Shown here: in pieces, positions 53,224 to 64,000 of the stretch
Numbering within the stretch: the first letter of the stretch is position 1
Layout: every line of letters starts with the position of its first letter
Assembly (NCBI GenBank): GCA_016748015.1
Contig: JAAOMT010000480.1
Span: forward strand, 868,001-932,000
Length of the DNA stretch: 64,000 nt
Reading direction: 5' to 3'
Source of the DNA: Geosiphon pyriformis uo1
Taxonomy: Eukaryota; Fungi; Glomeromycota
The notes under the pieces: generated by a model
Databases searched by the model: none
Seen by the model: only the letters and a program-made list of their open reading frames with translations
Told to the model about the DNA's origin: nothing
Program-made: the position numbers and the translations under genes

Positions 53224-54421
53224 TTCTAAACTACTCTACAGTAATTTTTCTTTTAATTTGTTAAAAAGATTTAATATCAAGAATTAGAAATTATTTGATC
53301 GCGTGGATTGAATCTCTTTACTAATGTGAAAATAGAATAAAATTGAAATATGTAGACTTTTAAGGTTAAGAAAAATAAATGAGAATTATCATCAACATTC
53401 AGTTCCTTGGATGATATTTGGTTTCAAATCTTTAAAAAGAAAAGAAAACCTATCAAGATCAGGTGGCATAGATATTTTTGAAATCTCACACGAAACAGGG
53501 ACCGATTAGTTCTTGATATACATGTACATCTACTCTTAGAAATTAAGATTATCCCGTTGAACCCATTTCATCAAAAAGGGGGTATTATCAAAATGTTAAT
53601 AAAATATATTAAATAATTTGAATTTAGAAAAATTTAGCATTTTTTATGATTTCATTATATTCCTTTTCTCGATACCATTTCTAAATTAGAATGGAAAAAT
53701 TTTTCTTCATGTCAAGATTCATACCTATTTATTTGATGATTATTAGTAATGAAAATATGAAATTTGAAGTGAAATTTCTTTATTAAAAATTTTTAGTGCG
53801 CTTTTGATGTTAATTTTATTATTTTATTGCTCATAATAATTATATATCCTTACCGAGTTACATATAAATACTCGAGGCCTCCCTTAAAAGCCAGTAGCAA
53901 GCCAAAAGAGATCGATTTTAAAGATTGCTTCCGCTTCAAATCATTTAATTTCATAAAATTTTTTTATGATTAGAATAGAGGGTTCTAATGAATTATTTTT
54001 ATTATTATACGACTTGAAACCTTTAGAGGGTAACAGTTAATTGGATGATATTGTAAAAGTCATTAAAGAAATATTATAAAGATTAAGAATACTAAATATT
54101 AAAATTATACATGTACATGCAATATCAAATCATGAAAAGTAATGAATAGAAGCAAGAAAGTATTAAATTTGCCTGACAAAATATTTTTGAAATCTAGGTC
54201 AATAATGACCTATAATATTTATTTTTCTAAAATATTTTCTAAATATTTAAGCTTAGCTATTAGTTTGAAGTTCTAGTTCGAAAGATGCGCAAATCTTGCT
54301 CACGAGGATAAAACACTGGGAAATGTTAGGGTAAAAGAAGATTAATTATTAAAATCCATAAACAGAAGTTTCGACAAATTTTTTATCGAGCTAAATTAAA
54401 AATTTATTCTTTTTTTTTTTG

Positions 54422-54766
54422 TTAAAAACTTACCCTATGTAGAAAAAATAAAATAAAGCCAACAAAAACCCATGTATTGATTACTGGCCAAATTGTAACC
54501 CAAATATCTTGATCGAAGACGAAAATAAATTTTTCTAGGTTTTTACTAAAATTCCGGAAATAAAAATTTTTCTCATTCTCTACCTCGGTTCTTGCCAAGG
54601 AATTTCTAGCTGAGAGAGAGTTTTGAAAGATGATATCATTTGCACCTATCTGAATCGATTGATATTGGTTTAATCTTTTGCTATTTTCGGATTTTTGTTG
54701 AATTGGTTTGTTTTGTAAATCTTTAGCAAGACTTGTATCCTCAAGAAGAGACTTATTGCTGTTCAT
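54422..54766 (-). CDS. Possible exon of a hypothetical membrane protein
   Basis: 114-aa ORF with a hydrophobic C-terminal stretch ending at a GTAAGT donor-like site; no recognisable homology. Confidence 0.3.
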   Translation of the reverse strand: MNSNKSLLEDTSLAKDLQNKPIQQKSENSKRLNQYQSIQIGANDIIFQNSLSARNSLARTEVENEKNFYFRNFSKNLEKFIFVFDQDIWVTIWPVINTWVFVGFILFFLHRVSF

Positions 54767-55219
54767 TTTTTTGAATCAAAATGGTTCGTAGTGATGGATT
54801 TTCTCTTCTGAAAATTCTCCAAATAGATATCTGCTTGGCTGGAATATTTGTTTTGGCTGTCAGTTATTATGAATTTAATTCCGCTTCAACGTTAAAAATT
54901 ATAAAACAAGCGAAAATTTCAGCTTTCTTTTCGAACTCTAACTTTTATCGTTGAATTGGAATTTTTTCGATAAAAAGTACCAAGTATTATCTCCTTTATA
55001 AGAAATTCAAATTCCTCAAATAAGTTTTCGAATTCAATATCCCTCTATGGTAAACCAATAAAAAAATCTCTTAGCGTTACTGCCTTATATACCAAAGTTC
55101 TTTTAGGTATTTTAGTTATAAAAACAAATAATTTGTTAAGAAAGCTGATATCTAGAGAGATTTAATGTTATTGACAAATTCTGTTACGTACTTATATCCT
55201 ATATTATAATATTTTTAGG

Positions 55220-55220
<1 letters not shown>

Positions 55221-55311
<91 letters not shown>
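55221..55311. repeat. (TAA)~30 microsatellite
   Basis: Perfect trinucleotide run. Confidence 0.97.
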
Positions 55312-55313
<2 letters not shown>

Positions 55314-58300
55314 TTTTATTGGAATAAATATAAGGATATTCATGTTGAAATTAAAATGATGATTTCAGTTAAACCATTAAAGAATTTCCTAATACTTTAA
55401 GATTTCCAGTATCAGACCTTAAATGTAAAATTAAATCTTCATTTAAAATGTATTACTCGAATTGGGCTTTTTGACGAGTGAGTACTAAAATCTTTGAGTT
55501 CATCATGAAATATAAACCTCAAACGATAGGATAATTTGTGTGTGAATTTTAAAATTAGTTTAATCACGTTTAAATTTTTTTCTGTCAAATATTTCATAGA
55601 TTTACTTTTGCGTTGACACAAAGAAAACTTGATAAATATCAGAAGGATAGATATGATTTTACATTTGATTACATTAACAGCAAAGCTACTTTTAAACTAA
55701 TTAAAACCAGTCTAATAGACACTTTTAAAATTTATTACTGTTATTATTCTATCACATAAAATTTTAATGTCTTTTAAATAGTTTTTAACTTATAATAATC
55801 AAATTCAATTATTATTAAACAAAATTAATTTAATTATTCATTTATTTTTTAAAATTTTTCTTATGTTTTAAATTGAATGTTCTATTTGCTATTTTATAAA
55901 TCTTTAAAAAAAGGGTTTTATTTAATTTACCTTTCTAAAAAATATTCTCTAAAAAATTATTTCTTACCAAATTTCACGAGTCTTAACTAAAAATTAATTT
56001 TAAAAAAATTAATCGAAAAATAAAGATTCACAACTATATTTTTATCTTAGACTTTTTAAAAAATTAATAACACTAATTAAGTTTATTTTTACTGAATACA
56101 TATAAAATAGTAATTATAATAAGGTAGAGAAAGAAAAGAAATACCTCTATTTATGCTCTAAATTACTTTAACCTTTATTTCCTAAAGTAGAGGTAAACCT
56201 ATTGAACATAGCAGTATAAAAATTGCCTCTTTATAGAAAAAGGTTTTTACAAACATCAGCCATAAGTAATTCACAAAAGTAAATTCCATATGGTTGTAGG
56301 ATAAAATCAATAAATAGAGATATCATCTGATGTTCTAGTGATATAGTAATACCACTAGTAATCTTGTAGATTTCTTCCCCAACTTAGGGCCTGAACTCAC
56401 TATGACTCGTATGTATGCAGAAGATAAACAACTCTGACGTAAAAAGCGCTTATATCCGATTAATTTATTCTTAAAACTGAATGATATTACGTATTTTAAA
56501 TAATTTAGGTTATTTGCTCATAACAAAAAATATTATTTTATTATTTAATTTAAAATTCACCAAAAAGATCTTAGTAAAAACGAATGTTATCGCTACTTTT
56601 TTAAAAATTGTCTTAAACGATTAAATTTAACAAAAAAAATAGTGATATGTCAAAGAATCTGCTTACTGCCGAAATCTCATCTAAAATCCAAACTTCTATG
56701 TCCACTTGTACTTTAATAAAAAAACTAATATTGAATCCTATATAATGCATAAGAAACCAATGATTAGTTAAAGTGGCCTTAAAATCTACAAGCATTGGAT
56801 CAAAGAGGATTAGCGACGTGTTCTTTGGACAAACTAATCCCTTATAAGCACTGATTCGCATGGGAAATTTCGTGTATAGTATCATAAAAGTGAGCTTTAC
56901 AACTTTGATCATATACGAGCATATAGAATCCTTTGACAAAATTCAAAATTCAAAAAACAATAAATTTAAATTTAATTAATTTATTTACATCTTTTTTCAA
57001 AAATTTATTTCTTTGAAAAATTGCAATAATTAATTAATTTTGTTTAAAGTTTTGTATAAAGTATTCAACACTGAAAAATATCTCTTTAAAATTTTCTAAA
57101 TATTATAAATCAAAACATTCAAGCCACATAGGATAAAAGTATTTTAAAAGAAATAAAAATTAGCATACGAGATAAGAGCTTTTCTATTTAATAATTGATT
57201 GTATTGGAAAGGTGGCCGGAGAAAAGTAATCTTTGAAATTAGAACTCCAGCTTTTAATCTCAATCGTCATTATAATATTAGATTACCAATGGACCATCAT
57301 TCGAAGAGAGCGATCAGATTTATTTGTTTCCCCGGTATCTATCATATAATACCGAAGATCGTGCAATTGAAAGAGAAATAATGAGGTCTTTATTAAATTG
57401 AACCGTAACGTTTTTAAAAATAATTGAATGATCAATCGACGTCCTATCTAGGGAGCTTTGAGCGTGCACAAAATCTTTAAAATGTTAAATTATTGTTCGT
57501 CTTATGATGCCTTAGGATTTATTAACACAAAAATTAGTCAATTTCACAAGGCTTTTTATTTAAAAGACAGAAATTTGGTGTTTTATATTTATTTATTTTG
57601 TTAAGTTTTGATTTTTCTATTTAATCATCTTATCTATCTTACTTCTTATGTATCAATTTTATTTGTTATTTAGTTAATATCATATTTTTAGATTGTTTTT
57701 TACTTTCAGCAAAAAATCATTGATCTGATTATTAACCTGATCATTGACCTTTTTCATTAGCAATATAAGTAATATTAAAGAAATCATTAATTTCATCTGT
57801 CAACACCAATTTCTATTCTTTCCTCCTTCTTATAATTAATTGTTAATTTAATGTAATTTATTTGTAAAGAAAGATATTTAAATAAAAAATTTTAATATTA
57901 AACTTTGAGATTTATCTGCCAAGTAAAAAATCATATTAATTGTGTTATTTTGAATTCAAAATTTACATATTATTTTTCTATATTTATAATTTGTAGTGTT
58001 TACATAATATCCTTTCAAATAAATCATTTCAAAACAGGTTTAATAAAACCAAAAAATATTTGTACCTGATATTTAAAATAGATAATCCAAAATTTATTTT
58101 GAAAAGATGCAAAAGCTACCAACAGTCACAATATATTTCTGTAAATAAATTAATCTAAGCTTTTGATATGCATAAAAAATATATAGTTTTAAATTTTTTT
58201 CACAATTCCAAATGTTTTCGATATTAAATTTCACAAGAATTTATTTGAAGTTCATACTTCTACACTGAAAACGCTCTCTTGTCTTTTCTTTTCTTGCTAG

Positions 58301-58373
58301 GCCAGAAAATCGTATCCTTTCAAGAAAGAAATCATTTTTTTTTTAGATTGGCTGTTAAGCAACGAATAAAAAA

Positions 58374-59394
58374 CTAAAAATCATTTACCGAATGTTTTGG
58401 CTTTTCTTTGGATACGTAATAGCTTGCTTCTTTTCGTAGGCTCTTTGCGTAGGAGGCGACGACCTTTGCGAATGAAAACTTTTAATGAAAAAAGAGAAAA
58501 ATTTTAATTTTTAGCAAATGAAACGTGTCACTATTCAAAATTATGATGAAATTAAATCCCACTCACCGAAATTAATGTTAAAATATTTAATATAATGACC
58601 CAAGCCGGGAACAATATTTCATAATGATTATCAAACAAGGACCAAAATTGTTGGATATTGCAAAACTTTCCAACAAATGGTCGCTCTTCGCCTGTATATC
58701 GATTTTGTATTATTTCCACTTTATACTGATGCAAAACGACTAATGCCGCTATACCAAGAATAGGTAAAAGTGTTGAAATAACATATGCTAGTATAACGTA
58801 TTGCCGCAGTAACCAAGGGATTTTCTGTAATTAAAAAGCGTTAAAGACTGTCATTTGTTTAAACATTGGAAATCAAAATTTTCTTTTTTTTAAAAATTAA
58901 AAATTCTTTGTAATCTACCACACAAGCGATGAGATATAAGCCAATAAATGTACCGATTGTTGCTAGTAATTCGTATATGATCAAAGCAATATTTAGAATT
59001 TTCACCTGGATGCTTACTTTTAAGCCAATTTAAAAAATAATCTTTGTTAGTTTCGAAAAGAGTTTTAAAGACTTGAGAAGAAAAAGGAGGGAAGAACTTA
59101 CAATCACCAAAATCAAATTTTTCAGTAGCAAAATAAGTAAATTCAGCTGCTAATCCCCACAGTCCAAACGCCTGTTTAGAAAAAATCGAGAAATTTATTC
59201 TCTAGAACTAGACTCAAAGCTTCGTAAAAAGAAGTTGCGAGAATAAAAAGCTTTGAACTTACCATCCACAAAAAGCTAATAATTACCACGGCCGGTTTCA
59301 AAGGAATACAACAACAAAAAGTTTTTCTTTTTGATTTTTTAGTTGTTATTAATTTTACACTGTGAAGTGGGATTTTCTCATCTTCTTTACCCAT
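58374..59394 (-). CDS. Small multi-pass (about 4-TM) membrane protein with N-terminal FCCCIPL motif, 5 exons
   Basis: Spliced product: MGKEDEK...KTFCCCIPLKPAVVIISFLWM|AFGLWG...|...IGLYLIAC|KIPWLLRQY...|FSFAKVVASYAKSLRKE...; GT-AG introns; tetraspanin-like topology. Confidence 0.78.
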
Positions 59395-60551
59395 TTTTTA
59401 AGAAATTTGGCGACAATATTTGCTTTTAATATAATTATAAAAAAATTATTTCTAAAATAGACTTGAGCTTTTATATTTTTATTTTTCAAAAGATTTAAAA
59501 TTTAAAGTTTGATTTTGACAACTTTTTGTTGCGATTACGAAAGCAATCAATGCTATCGTAGGGTTGGAAATTGAAACAATTTGGAAAAAAACAAATTTCC
59601 TTGAAGAAATTACTTTTTTTATTTCTCCTTTTAAAACACAATAATTTTTTTTACTTCGCTTTTAATTGTCACAATTTCGCCCCTTGACCAACAGTGTAAC
59701 ATGGCGAGAAAAAAACGTTATTCCTGGGTTTTCGCTGTTAACATTCAAATTGATCATCCTTTATATAAGTTAAATTTGATTGTATGATCAATATAAATTC
59801 CAGTATTCCGATTCTGTATAACTTTCGGATGGTCGAAAACCCTTTGGGTGAACGATTCTCCCTCAAATTTTGGTTAAATGTTTAGTTTTTACGATCCGAA
59901 ATTAATCTTATCCAAATTTAAAGAAAAAATGATTTGTCAAGTTTTAAAACTCTGTCAATTTAATTTATTCAGATTTTTTTTGGATATAAAGTTATTTTAG
60001 AAAAAAAGTGAAAAATTGAATAATTTAAATAAAAACTTTATTTAAAGAATTATTTTGTTTTATTTTAATTGTACTGTTTAAATAAATTTGAATATTTTAT
60101 AATCTTTAAAATTCATATATATTATCAATAATCCCAATTTGATTAATATAAACTTTAAACAGAGAATAATATTTACAAAAAATGAAATTAATTTATTTTG
60201 AAATTTAGATGAATAAAAATTTAATTAAATGTCATCAGTTTAAAGTCTGAATAACTTAATAAATTATAAAAAAAGTAACCAAGACATTAGTTCCAGAAAA
60301 ATTAGTTTGAAAATCACAAACAGGTCTTGATAAATCAAAAATTGAGGAATATTTTATCAAACTAATAAATCAAAGATCAAATCAAATTATAAAAAGAGTT
60401 CAATTAATTTTATGATCTTTTTAATAATGATCTTTTCAGCTATAATCATACGAAACTGTCAAAAATAATAGCAACAATAACAACAACAACAACTAGTCGT
60501 TAATTCTGTCAAAAATTAAGTCAATATGTTTATTTTCTTTTTTGTGATAAT

Positions 60552-61739
60552 CAGCGACATATGGAGCAATAATTGATGAGAAATAAAACAAAGAAATATG
60601 AAAAAATATGTACGCATAAAATTTTTTCATGTGCTAGACTTCATTTCCAAAGCGGAATTAATTTGCAGCTTTATATATAATTCATATTAGAAATGAATTT
60701 GTCGGTAGCTAGTAAAAGCTGATCTCCTGGAGTGAAAGGGTGAATGTTCCGTTCTAAAATTAAGTAAAATCACTAAGCTATTTATCTCAACTGTACCATA
60801 CAAATGTTAAAAAGTTGGAAAAAACAAAAAAAATTGAGCACAAAGGCTGTAATAGTCATCGTAAGAAAATTACGAACATATATCGAGAAAAGTAGGTCAA
60901 TAGGTTTATAAAAATTCTTTGTCTCCGCAAAAGATAGCTACTAAACTAGATACGAAGGGAGTAGGCATTTCATATCGCACAATTGGCAGACATTTAAAAT
61001 CAATTGGATACATGAAAACTTACCAATTACTATGCCAACGCTGACTAAAGTTCAAAAGTAGAAATCTGTTGAATGGACTAAATCTCATCTTGATGATAAT
61101 TGGAAAAAATTTTGTTTCTGATGAAACAGCATTTAAACTATTCCCAAACACAATTGAACGTTGGTACAATGGAAAAAACAGTTAATAGTTCGGGACCAAA
61201 AGATCATACAAAAATCTTTGCGTGGGATGGTTTTTGTACGAAGAGAAAAAACCAGTTTATTTTGTTTTCAGCGTATCATGGATGGTAAGTTTTCTGTTGA
61301 AATTTCGCAACAAAATTTTGGGGAATTTAATGATATACTCGGCAAGAAATGGCGCTTTCAACAAGATAATAATCCCAAGCATATAAATCGAGTAGCTAAT
61401 GCGTTTCTTGCAGAGAATTTATTCAAAGTTATTGACTGGCAGTCGTATAGTTCAGATCTAAATCCTATTGAAAATCTGTGAGCAATTGTCAAAGATGAAG
61501 TAGAAAAATAAATGCCGCAAACATAAATGATTTGGAACGATAAATGGTTGAAAATTGGGTTAATTATCGAAAGTAAAAGGCATATATAAAATAAGATCAG
61601 TTGGTTTTGGCCTTTCTAACAATGTATCAATTATATAATTTCGCTAAAATCTTGTGCTTCAATATGAAAATAAAAATTTTTGTACGTTAACTAATTTGTG
61701 ATTTCTTTTCTTATTTCGTTTGCCATATGCACCCCTTTG
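60552..61739 (+). mobile_element. Tc1/mariner (DD34E) transposon relic; boundaries approximate
   Basis: SDETAFKLF, WRFQQDNNPKH-(34 aa)-SSDLNPIENL, with frameshifts and stops. Weak imperfect terminal inverted similarity; TA follows the right end. Confidence 0.85.
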
Positions 61740-62972
61740 TAAGTCCTTCTTTAAAAAAATTCAAAAATCATTATTTGCTTAGGGATTCAATTAAAAGCAA
61801 TAATTTTTTGTATTATATTTTTATTACTTTATTTGATTGTTTTTCAATAATTTTGAAATGAGGTTTTCTTTATAACTATTTTAATATATAAATTCCAAAG
61901 ACGAAGAAAATTTAAAAAGTTTTTATATCATTTTTGCTAGGAATTTATTTAAAAATTTTGTTGCAATATTTTTATTATATTAACGATAACACTATTTTAA
62001 CAGCTTATTAGCGAAAAAGTGCAAAAATTGTTGTTCAGGACAAATTTGCAAAAATTCTAAAGGTTTCCACGCTTAAAGATTTTAAATGGTTCTTTGCACG
62101 AAAATATATCCCAAAGGCAATTCATATCAATAAATATCAATAAATATAAATTAAGGTTCAATTAAGGATGAAATTTCATAGATAAAACTAATCTTATGAT
62201 CGAAAACATTTTGAAATAATTTAAAAAAGTAAAAGGGTACTCATGAAAATTTTGAATTATGGTTTTTTTTAACGATGATGTTATAGTGGAAGAAAATTTT
62301 TACTTGAAAAAGGCTTAATTGTTCAATTTGATCTTTGTGTTTGCATATTCTTTTTTTAGCTTCAACTTTTAAATCACTTCTATTTTAAAAACAGATGTTA
62401 GAATTTTTGCCAAATGCAGAAATGCAGAGTTGGTCTTTCTAATCCTTTATTTAGAAAATTAATTCTATTAAAATGTTTAACTAGAACCGATGACATTTTG
62501 AGCACTCTATGAGAAATGGAAATATAGCCATATAAAGAATTATTAATTTTAATCCGGGAAAAACGAGTTTTATGCAACAATTTTTTTTGTAAAGAATGCT
62601 TTGTGATTTTTATCATTTAAAGGGCTAAAAAAAGAATTGAATAATAATAAAAAAATATTATTGTTAAATGTCCTAGTAATCTTTAATTGGTTAATCAATT
62701 AATTACTTCGTTTTTTTTTTTAATTTACAATAAAGTTATTATATAAGTTGTTTTCGAATAAGGGTTCTCAAAGAATTATTTTTTTATAATCAGTATTGTA
62801 ATCATTTCACAAAGCTCATTAAGACTAGTTTGGGCTTTCTATTTCAAAAATTTTTCAAATGGAAATTTAATTATTAGTTATTAACTGCAATAGAAGATTT
62901 AAATATAAATTTTCAATGGTTTAATTTTTTTCAACTAATTTTTTGGTTTAAAATTAAAAATATTTATTTTTC

Positions 62973-63012
62973 TTAGATTAGATTAGATTAGATTAGATTA
63001 GATTAGATTAGA
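62973..63012. repeat. (TTAGA)8 pentanucleotide microsatellite
   Basis: Perfect run of 8 units. Confidence 0.95.
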
Positions 63013-63425
63013 CTATCAAAATAATATAAATGTAAAAAATTTAGAATTTTTCAAAAGTAAATTTAAAAATAAATTCAGTTTAACGAATTCCAGAAAATCT
63101 GTAAGAATCTGTCTTTCAATAAATAAATTGTGTATTTATCCTCAAAATTTATTTATCAGTCACTTACAGCTGCGAATAATAAGGACTAGAATCTAAAATT
63201 TAAAATTGTAAAGATTTTTCTTAAAGATTTTTGTTTTTATCAAACATAAAGTCAAAAAAAATTAGGCAAATAAATTAAATTATTTAAAACTGATTGTTTT
63301 TATTTAACAAAATATAACATTATTAATATCCGGAATCTTAACTAAATTTGAGCCCTTTAACCTTATTATGAACTATTGAAAAACATTCTATAAATAAAAA
63401 AGACTCAAAATATTAAATGTGAATT

Positions 63426-64000
63426 TTATGGATTTGTGACTACTTCATTTTCTTTATATTCTACAATTCTCTCTTCTTTTTCGTAACGATGAGTGGCATA
63501 TGCAGCAATAACCAATGCGAAATAAATCTAAGAAAGAAAGGATTTAAAAAATTTATTAAAGTCATTTTTAATTAAAAATTCGTACTTTGAAATAAAATAC
63601 TATGTTTACTCACCAATATTATGATCACTAAAACAAATGTGACAATCGATTTTCGCAATTCAGCATTGTAATCATCATTGCAATAATCCACTTTATGATT
63701 GACTTCACAGGATTCGATAAACTTTGATTTTGGTGTAATATTTAGGATTATATCCACGATTCCGAGAATGAAATTAATTGCAACGTTTATGTAAAAAAAT
63801 ATAACATATGGGCGGATGAGACGGTAGATATTCTATAAAAGAGATTTAAAGATTAAAAATTTGAACGTTAGATAAATAAAGGATTTAAATAATAATCTTT
63901 GTTACTGAGAGATATTTTATAAACATACCGCAAAAGAGACAACGAATAATCCATAAATAGCTCCAAGAGTGATTATAACATTAGAAATACCAAAAATCAG
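63426..64000 (-). CDS. 3' part of a second multi-pass membrane protein, paralog of 58374-59394 (5' end beyond window)
   Basis: Exons ...GAIYGLFVVSFA|NIYRLIRPYVIFF...ESC..DYC...VIIIL|IYFALVIAAYATHRYEKRE... have the same intron positions and motifs as the upstream gene (L.R.YVI; F..V.A.YA). Confidence 0.75.

Noticed and set aside
56613-57381. ORFs 56613-56939 and 57199-57381
   Set aside because: GC-normal patches, but no recognisable product; possible pseudogene fragments that I cannot support.
62973-63012. (TTAGA)8 as a relic telomere
   Set aside because: Does not match TTAGGG periodicity and is internal and short; an ordinary microsatellite.

Overview
Eukaryotic, intron-containing fungal DNA. 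The style suggests Glomeromycota; the mix of class-3 lipase paralogs, dUTPase-bearing Gypsy elements and RNase H LINEs resembles Geosiphon pyriformis, but that assignment is inference. The window has two sharply different compartments. (1) About 1-28.4 kb is an extremely AT-rich transposon graveyard. An old + strand Ty3/Gypsy element (gag-PR-RT-RNH-IN, all heavily C>T/G>A mutated) carries two younger nested insertions: a solo LTR (1246-2119, TSD ATAT) and a young minus-strand LTR element (2818-8702, TSD CCAC) encoding gag-zinc knuckle-protease-Cys-rich domain-dUTPase in one frame. A decayed APE-RT-RNase H LINE (-) and unrecognisable relics follow. (2) About 28.4-64 kb is gene space: an MFS transporter, a Gyp5/Evi5-like Rab-GAP, an Aim25-like scramblase, two tandem multi-TM paralogs, a hAT and a Tc1 relic, and a run of four predicted secreted proteins at 43-53 kb. 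That run has two class-3 lipase homologs that have both lost the catalytic serine, a Kex2-processed cationic Cys/Gly/Pro peptide, and a spliced gene that the ORF track splits in two. The spliced gene encodes signal peptide + acidic propiece + protamine-like Arg/Tyr-rich domain. The main leads are this secreted cationic-peptide/pseudolipase islet and a RIP-like transition hypermutation of repeats that is not restricted to CpG.
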